Assembly: GCF_036365525.1 (NCBI RefSeq)
Contig: NC_090418.1
Span: 11,479,226-11,543,225, forward strand
DNA: 64,000 nucleotides
DNA from: Heterodontus francisci
Taxonomy: Eukaryota
Direction: 5' to 3'
Every line of letters begins with the position of its first letter. The stretch's first letter is position 1. Both the position numbers and the translations under genes were made by a program. Under the pieces are notes generated by a model. The model saw nothing but the letters and a program-made list of their open reading frames with translations. It made no database searches and had not been told where the DNA came from. Shown here in pieces: positions 1 through 11,171 of the stretch.

Positions 1-570
1 CCTCTTCCTCCCCGTTTACTCCACCTCCCAACTCTCTGGCGTTTACAGAATGTGAGGCGATCTCATTGAAACATACAAGATTCTGAAGGGGTCTAACAGT
101 AGACACTGAGGTGGTTTCACCTGGCTGTGGAATCTAGAACAGGGGGACACAGTCCTGTTCCCTGGCCACGATGAGGCTAAACTAGACTGATAATACAACT
201 GACTAGAAAACATTTATTTCTTCCCGGTATAAAGAATCTTCAGACCATAGTGAGAGAATGTCCCTCAAATCCACCCAATTTTAACCCCATTAGTTTTTGG
301 ACAATGGTCTCCCAACTGGAAAGTTTAACTGAAGCCTTTTGGGACTCAATGGCCACACAGCACCAGGGAGTAACCTGGGTAGCAGAGTTGGCCATTCGGC
401 CCCTCCAATTTGCATATTCAGATGGACAATCAATGATCTGCACCTGAACACCATTTGTTAGATATTTGTTAATGTTACTCGATGAAAAGGCATGAGAAGG
501 AGGGAGAGAGAGAGATTGAGACTTGTCCTACATGGTGTGATCAAGTGTCCCTGATTTCTCTCAATGTCCT

Positions 571-1685
571 GTGTCACACGGGATCAGAGGTGAGCTGGCA
601 AGATGGATACAGAACTGGCTCGGTCATAGAAGACAGAGGGTAGCAGTGGATGGGTGCTTTTCTGAATGGAGGGCAGTGACCAGTGGTGTTCCACAGGGAT
701 CAGTGCTGGGACCTTTGCTGTTTGTAGTTTTTATAATGATTTGGAGGAAAATGTAGCCGGTCTGATTACTAAGTTTGCGGACGACACAAAGGTTAGTGGA
801 GTTGCGGATAGTGATGAGGATTGTCAGAGGATGCAGCAGGATATAGATCGGTTGGCGTCTTGGGCAGAGAAATGGCAGATGGAATTTAATCCGGACAAAT
901 GTGAGGTAATGCATTTTGGAAGATCGAACAGATGGGATGTATACAGTAAATAGCAGAACCCTTAGGAATATTGACAAGCAGAGAGATCTGGGCGTACAGG
1001 TCCACAGGTCGCTGAAAGTGGCAACGCAGATAGATAAGGTAGTCAAGAAGGCATACGGCATGCTTGCCTTCATCGGTCGGGGCTTAGAGTATAAAAATTG
1101 GCAAGTCATGTTGCAGCTGTACAGAACCTTAGTTAGGCCACACTTGGAATATTGTGTATAATTCTGGTCGCCACACTGGCAGAAGGATGTGGAGGCTTTG
1201 GAGAGGGTACAGAAGAGGTTTACCAGGATGTTGCCTGGTCTGGAGGGCATTAGCTGGGAGGAGAGGTTGGATAAACCCGGATTGTTTTCACTGGAATGAC
1301 GGAGGTGGAGGGGGCGACATGATAGAGGTTTACAAAGTTATGAGCAGCATGGACAGAGTGGATAGTCAGAATATTTTTCCCCCCAGGGTGGAAGAGTCAG
1401 TTACTAGGGGACATAGGTTTAAGGTGCGAGGGGCAAAGTTTAGAGGGGATGTGCGAGGCAAGTTCTTTACACAGAGGGTAGTGAGTGCCTGGAACTTGCT
1501 GCCGGGGGAGTTGGTGGAAGCAGGTGCCATAGAGAGACGTTTAAAAGGCATCTTGACAAATCCATGAATAGGATGGGAATAGAGGGATACGGTCCCTGGA
1601 AGTGCAGAGGATTTTAGTTTGGACAGCCATCAAGATTGGCGTAGATTTGGAGGGCCGAATGGCCTGTTTCTGTGCTGTACTGTTC
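571..1685 (+). mobile_element. 5'-truncated, disrupted CR1 LINE (RT C-terminal half plus 3' UTR), unit 1
   Basis: Motifs [42 protein letters not shown] and FFTQRVV are split across frames; CR1-type 3' end gggccgaatggcctgtttctgtgctgta. Confidence 0.92.
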
Positions 1686-2914
1686 AATTTAAGTTCAGGT
1701 TTTTTTGTTCTCAATTCCATACTACAGGAAATCATTTCCCCTTACCTACTCTACCAAATTTTTCTCATGTTAAGCACCTTGCTCAGATTACCCCTCAAAT
1801 TTTTTTAATTGAGGATTTTCAATTTTACTTCTAACCCCAGTATAGTCAATCCATATCATAACCTCATCAGAGTAAATGTATCCAGGAGGTTTGTTACCCA
1901 AAACTCATCCAGATGTGCACAACCAATATTCTTCAAAACTGAAGCATCACATCCCTCAGTGAGGAGCTAACATTCCACTATCTTGGATTGTTCTGACTCA
2001 AATCTTTGTTCTTTTACTAGATATTATTTTCCTTGCCTGGATCCAAAGTTTGTCACTTCCTGCATTGAATATCTGCTATAGTTTTGCCCACTCCCTCAAT
2101 GTCCCTTTGCAACTTCCTTCTTCCATCTGAAAAAGTGATGTCACCTGCAAACTTGGGCAAAGGAGGAGTTGTCTATCCAATTCAGATAAGCTCAGGCACC
2201 TGATCAGATTCTGGAGAACTGGATTATGCCAGTCAGATGATGTACTCACCGCCCACCCAACTCTTGTTGGTTGACTATGCCCTTCCAGGAAGCAGTCATT
2301 CAGACCAAACTTACTGGTGACCTCCATTGAGTTTAGTCCCATATGCTTAAGCCAAGCTTGCTTCCAGATCCCCTGCTAGAACAGATATTTGCTATTCCCA
2401 CAATAGACAGGCCTTAGTTAACTGGCTGGTTACAGGATTAATCTATCAATTTAACGGCTCAAAAATGTGCACAAATAAAACCAAAAATCAGCTGCACCTT
2501 GGTACCCACTGGCTGCAGTAAACCTCAATTAGAATGTGCCCTCTCTAGGGGCTGAGCATTGCCATGGGACAGAAGGAAGCAGCCAGAGTAAATCCCAACT
2601 GGCCAAAATCGAGGAGCAGTTCCATGAGGAGGTTCAGACCTGTTCTGAACAGGGTGGAGAATAAAAAAAGGAGCCTGTGACTGAAATGCAGTTAGCAATT
2701 GAGGAGCAACCAGTTCAAAATAGAGAAGGGGCACCATTTCTTGTTCTACCTACTTAACTAAACCAGCCTCTGTCAGTAGTGGTTCAGGAGGTCTAGTTCT
2801 GCACTTATGGAAGTTCACCCTAGTTGTTAGATAGGGGGAGGGGGGGGGGGAAACCGATTCAACTAACATGCTCCAGTGGTCAATGAACTACCACACAAGA
2901 TACAAGTAATCACT

Positions 2915-2920
2915 TTTATT
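2915..2920 (-). terminator. Polyadenylation signal AATAAA, zp3 copy 1
   Basis: 13 nt after the TAG, followed by a GT-rich element (ttgtatcttgtgtgg on the minus strand). Confidence 0.8.
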
Positions 2921-2933
2921 GATCATTTGATAA

Positions 2934-5763
2934 CTAGTTGATCAGAGTTTGCTTGTGTTTCCTGTACAGGAACAAGGCGATCAATGAAGCAGAGATCAGA
3001 CAGACAGCTGTCACAGTCAGGGCCACAATCAGAACCACCTCAGACTCCACACCTACAAAGCAATGAGAAACCAATGGTTAGTGAAGGAAACACTGAGGGG
3101 AAAATGGAAACTAGCAGTCAGCCAACTCACCACCTGGAGATCTCTCCTGCAGCCTTCGCTCAACCTCATTCAGGGACTCCATTGCCAAGTCAGTCACCTC
3201 AGTATCCAGAATGACCAGGGGTCCAAGTGAGGCCTCACCCTCCCACTTCAATCCAGCTTCACTCTCTGCAATATCAAACATGCCAGTTAGAGGGGGTAAA
3301 GGGAGATCTCCCACATCTAGAGAATCAATGTCCTACCAGCTTCAGGTACAAGATCCCTCCTTCCTCTGGAAGAAAATCGCAACTCCCTTGTGGCACCACA
3401 GTTACCCACATGGCAACAGGCACAAATGTCATTGTTGGATTGCTCCAATGGGGTCCAGCTAAACAAGAAACAGTTGATCAACCAGGTTGTCCATCACATT
3501 CCCATACAACACACCCCTGAAGGAGGGAAAGGGAACTTACACATTCTGCATCTTCTGGAAAGTACAAGCTTTGTTCATGGAATCTCTCCAATCCACTGGA
3601 GCAACTTTCAGGTGACAAGTAATGAAAATCTGTGGGATAAATTTCAACACAAATTATTTAGTGACTCCCTCCAAACATGGAGGGCCCAATGATCAGCTTC
3701 CTCTTACCAAGGAACGGTCATCTCCAAAGAAGCGGAAAGCATCCAGGTCAAACCGGAGCTTGTCCAGCTCACGCTCGTCTCTTGGCAACACGAAGGTTGA
3801 AAAGGAGTCCTCAGCTTTGCTGTCCAGGAGGCAACTGGAGAAAGATTCAAAAAGGGACATGAAGTGAATCAAGTGAAGCCATTGAGATGGGAGCAGCTGG
3901 AGAAAGCAGAGAGCTCCTTACCCATTGTAGTCAATGATGCTGTAACTCGGGGTGGAATCCTTGTCTGGGCTCAATGTAGCTACACAGTGGTCAATGTAGA
4001 GCTTCAGGGGCATGTGGTTGGTCATTGAAACAGAGGCCTCAATGTGAATGAGGTCACCCAGGTAGTAGACAGTCGAGGTGCGCTCTGTAAGCCAGTCATC
4101 TGAAGTACAAGACGACAAGGGTTAGAGACAGTGGGTACAACTCCCAGTGGGTGAGTACAGGAAATCACTCCCCATCCACCCATCACATACCATTCATTAG
4201 GCGCAGTGAGAATGACAGATGCCCTTCTCCAGACTTGGTGGAGCTGAATGGGATCCAGGTGGGCTTGATGGGGTTACTGCTCACATTCCCCTTCCTGGAA
4301 GGAAGAGACATTTTAGGACAACTTGCATTACACTGAAAAATTCATATTAAATTCACTCAACTGTTACCTAAAATAATGACACTCAATGGGAATGACAGCT
4401 CCATTCGTTCTCACAATGACAGATCCATGATACTGGGGGGTGTGGTTCAGGTGGGTGGTGTAGACCAGGAAATCTCCAGCCATCTGAAAGACATCAGGTA
4501 AAGGATAGAGGAGTTAGTCTGAATTGGAAGATATTCTGCTCAGTTCAGAATGAAAGACAATCTTACTGAAATAATTCCTACAGGGCTCCACAGGGTAGAT
4601 GCGGAGAGGCTGGAGGGCAGAAAGTTCTCCACTCAGGGGAGTGAGGATCTTCTGACCTCTCTAGCCCAGTTGTTGACTACATTCAGGACAGAATATTCCT
4701 TTTGTGCCCAAAATCCAAAAGAGACAGAGTGGGTGGGAAAGCAGTTGATGATCATCCGTGGTATTATTCAACAGCCAAGTAGGGTCCAGAGACCAAATCC
4801 ACTTCTGCTGATGTTTACGTATTTGGAAATCATGTCACCTCATTTAATGTAAGGAGAGCACCAATAGAAACAAGTGATTCAATGAAATTACAGCTTCATT
4901 TTAACCATTAAAAAAAGTGAACCATAAACTGCTAGCGTTTGGCATAAACAGATTGGTTTTAATTTCACACCCTGTGAATTAAGAGGTGGAGTTTTCTTGT
5001 AGCAAACTGTAAATCAATTTATACTCCTTTCTCTCCCCCACAAATCTAAACTAGACTAGATAAAAATGAACATTTAATCTTCAGTCAAGCTAGACAATCT
5101 GAATGAGTGGCAAGAAAGCTGAAAATCCACAAGACAAGGATGTATAAAGAATTTGAAGAAACTGAGAAGTTTCAAGTCCAATGGGGTTGAGATCACAAGG
5201 TTGGAGAGACTGGACAAGGAGATAATGCAAAGTACAATTCACTATTGAAAAGTAGTTTGAGGTTTTATAAACTGGGAGACATATCTCAAATATCAATGAC
5301 ATTAGAGAAACTGTTGCAAAGAGTAGGGAACAATTTACACCTGAAACTTGGAGCAAGAGTCAAGGACTCACATTACCTGCAATCTGCTGCCACACTCATG
5401 GAGCCCATAGTCAAAGAGGACAGTGTGGTTCTGAGAGTAGATCCTGGTCGGCCGACAACCTGCTGTCCCCAGGGTCAGGTCAGCAGCTTTAATCAGGTGC
5501 CTGGTTCCAAATAAATCCATCTGGACCCTGACCAGCAGGTTCTGCTCTCCACACTGCACCGTCACAGTCTGCAGTGGAGACACACTTCGGCCCTCAGACA
5601 CACGGAAATGGGAACCAAAGGGAGGCCCAGTTGGAGGGACATGAGTGGCCTTCACAATGCTCCATGGGAAATTCCAGTTTCTAAACTGCCGAGTATCAGA
5701 ACCACAAACAGCTCCAACCAAAACCAACAAAGAAAGCAACCACTTCACTAATTGCCCCATCAT
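2934..5763 (-). CDS. zp3: Zona pellucida sperm-binding protein 3-like (ZP3/ZPC), copy 1, 9 coding exons, 458 aa
   Basis: Exons (minus strand): 5763-5377, 4483-4368, 4294-4191, 4099-3922, 3834-3708, 3629-3541, 3458-3337, 3265-3131, 3052-2934; all introns GT-AG; total 1377 nt. Protein features: signal peptide [21 protein letters not shown]; ZP-N motifs VTVQC, DLFGT, LHECG, IPIECHY; linker [13 protein letters not shown]; [11 protein letters not shown]; ZP-C motifs [38 protein letters not shown]; ZP3 subdomain [10 protein letters not shown]; furin site RGRR; [11 protein letters not shown]; [26 protein letters not shown]; tail [10 protein letters not shown]. Confidence 0.96.
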
Positions 5764-5799
5764 ACCAACAACTATACTGTGATCTAGGATAGAACCCAC

Positions 5800-5940
5800 T
5801 GCTCTCCTTTTATACACACAGTCTGCAGTCAGCTGAAACAAACTGGACCAGGTGTGATTAAACTAAACCAATAAACTAGCCTCATGACATCAATTCCATC
5901 ACACAATCTTCCTGATTGGAAAGCAAAATACTGCAGGTGC
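5800..5940 (-). promoter_or_regulatory. zp3 copy 1 proximal promoter (TATA box, E-boxes, CCAAT boxes)
   Basis: Minus-strand TATAAAA at 5808-5814, about 45 nt upstream of the ATG. E-boxes: CAGCTG 5830-5835, CAGGTG/CACCTG 5849-5854 and 5934-5939. CCAAT at 5868-5872 (+) and 5915-5919 (-). Confidence 0.7.
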
Positions 5941-6755
5941 TGGATATCAAAACAGAAAATGCTGGAAATACTCAGCAGGTCTGGCAGTATCTGTGGAGAG
6001 AGAAACAGAGTTAATGTTTCAGGTCTGTGACCATTCATCAGAACTGGGAAAAGTTAGAAATCTAATAGGTTCAGAACAGACTCTATCTTTGACTCGGTCT
6101 CAGAGTTGTCCTGTTTTGCAGTTTTATTTTATCTTCTGTCTCATCTGGCACTTTTACAAAAACCTTTTTTTCTTTCTTTTCAGGTGTGGAGGATTGCAAA
6201 TGTCAACTCATAAGTACCAACCCCCTTTCTGGATCCTTCTTCCCTTTCACTTCCCTCTGATCCCCATCCTTTCCTCCGATCTCAACCCTTGCTGTCTATT
6301 CACGATGCACTCTGACCTTTACCCTCTCTGACCCAGAACAATCTCTCCTTAGCAAAGGTCTCCGCTTCATCCCCCTTACATTCCCACCTCAATGAATTCT
6401 GATCTCGGCATGACGCTAAGCTCTTCTTCTATCACTTTCACCTCCGTGCTTAGTCCTTTGGCCAGGAATCTTGCCCCCACCCCACACATTGAACCCTTTT
6501 ACACATCTCCAGTATTGTCCAACCACCTGGAACCCTCCCTCTGGCCTCTTACCTGCTCTTGATCTTTTCATTGAGAACTGTCCGTGTGACATTGCCCGTC
6601 TCAATTTCTCCTCTCCCCTCGCTCACTCTAACCTGTCTTCCTCTGAACTTGCTACACTCTGTGACTACATGACTCTATGATCCTGTTCTCTCAGGTCTAA
6701 CCCCAACGTTGTGGTCAAACCTGCTGACAAGGGTGATGTTGGTGTCTGGCGTACC
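5925..6755 (+). mobile_element. Penelope-like element remnant (inverted pLTR ~5925-6070 plus start of the RT region), cut by a deletion at 6755
   Basis: VVKPADKG motif at 6711; identical to the 5' part of the longer element in units 2 and 4. Boundaries approximate. Confidence 0.72.
6009..6045 (-). ncRNA. Degenerate minimal type I hammerhead ribozyme motif in the Penelope pLTR (also 16612-16648, 32269-32305, 42871-42907)
   Basis: Minus strand reads agtt-CTGATGA-a-tggtc-aca-gacct-GAAA-catt-aact: core boxes, stem II ggtc/gacc and stem I agtt/aact. The stem III palindrome appears decayed (acgt>acat), and copy 4 has CTGATAA. Confidence 0.5.
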
Positions 6756-7125
6756 TTCCCTATTCCTATCACCTCCTCCAGCCCTACAACCCTCCGAGAT
6801 CTCTGCGCTTCTCCAATTCCGGCCTCCTTGAGCATTCCCCGATTCCCATCGCTCCGCCATTGGCGGCCGTGCCTTCAGCTCTGGAATTCCCTCCCGAAAC
6901 CTCTCCGCCTCTCCCTCTCCTCCTTTAAGACGATCCTTAAAACTGACCTCTTTGACCGAGCTTTCGGTCAGCTGTTTCCAACACCTCCTTATGTGGAACG
7001 TAGGAAATACGAAGCAGGAGTAGGATCGGTGTCACATTTTGTTTGGGAAAGCTGCTGTGAAGCACCTTGGCGTCATTCTACTTTGTTAAAGGTGCTATAT
7101 AAATACAGGTTGTTGTTGTTATGTT
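6756..7125 (+). mobile_element. L2 LINE 3' end (also ~22402-22775 and ~33016-33385)
   Basis: ggcggccgtgccttcagc...tggaattccctccc...aaaactgacctctttgacc...ggtgctatataaata, then a (ttg)n tail. Confidence 0.7.
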
Positions 7126-7849
7126 TTAAAGCTGCACCTTGCTTGTTTCACAACCCTTGGTGTCCAAGGCCCTAAAAAGATTGGAGAAAAGTTCAGAGTG
7201 AGATTGGATCCAGATCTAAATGGGAGAAACTCACCCACCGCCTAATACAATTTGCAGAGTTCTGTTGAGGTAAGGAAGCTGATTGGCTGAGGGGAATTGG
7301 TTCAGTCTTGGCCTATTTTAAGTCAACCAATCAAGGGTGATGTCAGTTTGTCTCAGTGCCACCAACAAGAGAGGCAACTGCCTCTCAAATTTGAGGTGGC
7401 AACCGTCAATATATTTAAACATCAACTCTAATTAAACTAAAATAAGCTCCGTCTCCAGGGCCACCGAAACCCGGACAAGACCACGGGAGGTCAAGAGCCA
7501 GAGCAACCCCTCACCCCCTGGCCGGCCCCGCTGGGCCGCACCCATCCTGTGGACCACTATCTTTGCTAGGCCCTGGGTCAGAGGTCAAGTTTAAGCAGAA
7601 TTTTCCTTCCCTCTGAAGAATTGGATTATCGTTGGAGAATCTGGTGGCAATTGAACCTTCACCTCCCCCTCGCTTCCTCCTCTGCTCCCCCATCCTTGAC
7701 CCCTGACCTTGCTAACCTTGGCCCTGGCAGTTATCAAGGTGCCTTCGTGCCTCTCAGTTTTCGAAAGGAATGACCCTGCTGTAATTCCCTGCCTCGCTGA
7801 ATGAATAGTTTACAGAGAGCAGTCACGTGTTGTTCATCAGGAAGATGTT

Positions 7850-8075
7850 AGGGACAACGGATTTCCTTCCCTAAAGGACATTGGTGAACCAAATGTTTTT
7901 TTTTTACAGCAATCACCAATGGTTTCATGGTCATCATTAGACTAGCTTTTGAATTGGGGATTTATTGAATTAAAATTTCAGCATCTCCCGTGGTGGGATC
8001 TGTCCCCAGGTCTCCAGACAATCAGCCTGGGCTCTGGACCGCTAGCCCAGTGACATCACCACTTCGCCACCACCT
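7850..8075 (-). mobile_element. tRNA-derived SINE (also ~23505-23730, ~34110-34335; absent from unit 4; related copy ~62830-63157)
   Basis: Minus-strand head ggtggcgaagtggtgatgtcactgggctag with a degenerate B box; same family as 62940-63157. Confidence 0.55.
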
Positions 8076-8369
8076 CCCCTCGTGGCGTTGTATGTGCGGC
8101 CCCATTGGAGGCGGAGCCCCAGCAGCCAGGCTGCGCACAGCAAGATCCCACAAAAAAAAAAATAGCGAGGTAAACCATCCGTTTTACGGGGACGGGGCGT
8201 GAAAGCAGGGTTGAGGGAGAAGATTATCCGGGATCTTATACAACAGAGGAGCAGGCCCGAGGGGCTGCGTGGCCAATTCCAAGTTCTTGGGGATTTATTT
8301 TTGAAGAGTTGTTGACTGAGAGCTAAGTATTGTCTCAGGTCACCGGACAGAACTCGCCTGGTTTCCTTA

Positions 8370-8800
8370 CTCTCACCACGTCCCGTTCACCCATCACCCC
8401 CTGTGCTCACTGACCTACGTTGGCTTTCGGTCAAGCAACACCTCCGTTTTAAATCTCTCACCCTTGTTCTCAAATCCCTCCCTCGCCCCTCCCTACCTCT
8501 GTAATCTTTTCCAAACCTACGACTCTCCGAGATCTCTGCGCTCTTCATTCTCGCCTCTTGACCATCCCCCGATTTCCATCACTCCACCATTGGTGGCCGT
8601 GCCTTCAGCTGTCTGGGCCCCAAGCTCTGGAATTCCCTCCCTAAACCTCTCTGCCTCTCTCTCTCTCTCTCCTCAAAACCCACATCTTTGACCTAGCTTT
8701 TGGCCACCTGTCCCTAATATCTCCTTATTTTGCTTTATAACACTCCTGTGAAGCACCTCGGGATGGTCAGGTGCTATATAAATGCAAGGAGTTGTTACAT
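8370..8800 (+). mobile_element. L2 LINE 3' portion (also ~24010-24450, ~34625-35060; longer diverged version ~48415-48930)
   Basis: cccatcaccccctgtgctcactgacctacgttggct (HxTPVLxDLHWL-like region) through ggtgctatataaat; the unit 4 version adds an RLDYSN motif. Confidence 0.7.
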
Positions 8801-9054
8801 CTGAAAATTCCACACCTCCGACAGCATCGCACTCCCTCAGCACTGCACTGGAAGTGTCAGTTTAAGATTTTCAGGTGGGATTTGAACTCACAACCTTCTG
8901 GCTCACAGGCGAGAGCACTGTCACATATATAAACGGGAGCTCAGTTTTCTGGTTTGTGCTATACTCGAAAGGCTGTTTTGCTCACTGTCAAAGGACAGGG
9001 TGCTGTTGTTCATTTCCCTTCAACGCCAGTAGAGGGAGATCGAGCACCAATGTT

Positions 9055-9885
9055 TTTTATTCATTCATGGGATTTGGGCATCGCTGGCCAGGCCGGGATT
9101 TGTTGCCCATCCCTAACTGCCCTTGAGAAGGTGGTGGTGAGCTGCCTTCTTGAACCGCTGCAGTCCATGTGGGTTAGGTCCACCCACAGTGCTGTTAGGG
9201 AGGGAGTTCCTGGATTTTGACCCAGCGACAGTGAAGGAACAGCGATATAGTTCCAAGTCAGGATGGTGTGTGACTTGGAGGGGAACTTGCAGGTAGTGGT
9301 GTTCCCATGCATCTGCTGTCCTTGTCCTTCTAGTTGGTAGAGGTCGCGGGTTTGGAAGGTGCTGTCGAAGGAGCCTTGGTGCGTTGCTGCAGTGCATCTT
9401 GTAGATGGTACACACTGCTGCCACTGTGCGTCGGTGGTGGAGGGAGTGAATGTTTGTAGATGGGGTGCCAATCAAGTGGGCTGCTTTGTCCTGGATGGTG
9501 TCGAGCTTCTTGAGTGTTGTTGGAGCTGCACCCATCCAGGCAAGTGGAGAGTATTCCATCACACTCCTGACTTGTGCCTCGTAGATGGTGGACAGGCTTT
9601 GGGGAGTCAGGAGGTGAGTTAGGAGGTGAGTTAGGAGGTGAGTTACTCACCGCAGGATTCTCAGCCTCTGACCTGCTCTTGTAGCCATGGTGTTTATACA
9701 GATGGTCCAGTTAAGTTTCTGGTCAATGATGACCCCCAGGATGTTGATAGTGGGGGAATTCAGCGATGATAATGTCACTGAACATCCAGGGGAGATGGTT
9801 AGATTCTCTCTCGTTGGAGATGGTCATTGCCTGGTGCGAATGTTACTTGCCACTTATCAGCTCAAGCCTGGATGTTGTCCGGGTC
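9055..9885 (-). mobile_element. CR1-group LINE 3' portion of a second family (also ~24705-25510, ~35315-36120, ~49190-50030)
   Basis: MEYSPLAWMGAAPTTLKKLDTIQDKAAHLIG...FKKAAHHHLLKG*; same family as the longer + strand copy at 60460-62830. Confidence 0.8.
9609..9645 (+). repeat. 12-bp VNTR (AGGAGGTGAGTT)x3; x4 at ~49741-49788; x1 in units 2 and 3
   Basis: Read directly from the sequence. Confidence 0.9.
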
Positions 9886-10086
9886 CCGGTCTTGCTGTAT
9901 CTAACTCAATCTGAAACCGTATGCACATTAGCGAGTCTCTCAGTCCCTTTTCATTCAGTAGAAATACTGTGCTGGAAAACTGAACTTCCTCAGAATGAGT
10001 GAAGGGTCAAAACAAGAAAGAGGCGAACTGTGAGGGGCAGTTCCAGCTCTTCTGGGCCGATCGTCCTTTCCCCCTCGAGTGTCAAG

Positions 10087-10400
10087 CATGGCTCATCGGG
10101 TAGTACTCTCACCACTGAGCCAGAACATCATGGGTTCGAGGCCCCACTCCAGAGTCTCAAACCCATAACCCAGGCTGACACTCCAGCGCCAGTACTGAGG
10201 GGGTGCTGCACTGTCGGAGGTGCCATCTTTCAGATGAGGCATTAAATTGAGGACCCTGTCTGCTCTCTCAGGTGGACGTAAAAGATCCCACGGCCACTCT
10301 TGGAATTAGATCAGCGGGGAATTCTCCCTGGTGTCCTGGGGGCCAATATTTATCCCTCAACCAACATCACTAAAACCAGAGGAGCTGGTCATCATCACCT
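10087..10400 (+). mobile_element. DeuSINE/SacSINE1-like tRNA-derived SINE (also ~25713-26020, ~36321-36630, and ~50231-50790 interrupted by a MITE)
   Basis: A box tggctcatcgggtag, B box gggttcgaggccc, body gtactgagggggtgctgcactgtcggaggtgccatctttcagatgag...caggtggacgtaaaagatccca. Confidence 0.7.
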
Positions 10401-11171
10401 TTCATTGAGCATGCCCCCTGCCCCATACTCGTTTCCCCACTCACACAACCTCCTCGCCCACAGCACAGCTGGTCTTCTTGTCCAGTGCAGCATTGGAGGC
10501 CACTGCTCTGGAACTTGCCTCCCTCAGCACCTCTGCTTCTGTCACCTCCTTCACTGCCTTCAGAAAGGCCCTCCCCTGCAACTGTGGCTTACATGTCCCA
10601 TTAACCCTCTTCCTCCCCGTTTACTTCACCTCCCAACTCTCTGGCGTTTACAGAATGTGAGGCGATCTCATTGAAACATACAAGATTCTGAAGGGGTCTA
10701 ACAGTAGACACTGAGGTGGTTTCACCTGGCTGTGGAATCTAGAACAGGGGGACACAGTCCTGTTCCCTGGCCACGATGAGGCTAAACTAGACTGATAATA
10801 CAACTGACTAGAAAACATTTATTTCTTCCCGGTATAAAGAATCTTCAGACCATAGTGAATGTCCCTCAAATCCACCCAATTTTAACCCCATTAGTTTTTG
10901 GACAATGGTCTCCCAACTGGAAAGTTTAACTGAAGCCTTTTGGGACTCAATGGCCACACAGCACCAGGGAGTAACCTGGGTAGCAGAGTTGGCCATTCGG
11001 CCCCTCCAATTTGCATATTCAGATGGACAATCAATGATCTGCACCTGAACACCATTTGTTAGATATTTGTTAATGTTACTCGATGAAAAGGCATGAGAAG
11101 GAGGGAGAGAGAGAGATTGAGACTTGTCCTACATGGTGTGATCAAGTGTCCCTGATTTCTCTCAATGTCCT

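Noticed and set aside
2984-3867. Plus-strand ORFs overlapping zp3 (and their equivalents in other units)
   Set aside because: Antisense shadows of zp3 exons; their lengths vary between units because of intronic indels.
5764-5841. N-terminal extension MFQLTADCVYKRRAVG... in the ORF track (all four copies)
   Set aside because: It uses a non-ATG start and runs through the TATA box; the signal peptide starts at the ATG at 5763 (or 5760).
6711-7175. 154-aa ORF MVKPADKG...
   Set aside because: A chance fusion of Penelope and L2 fragments across the deletion junction.
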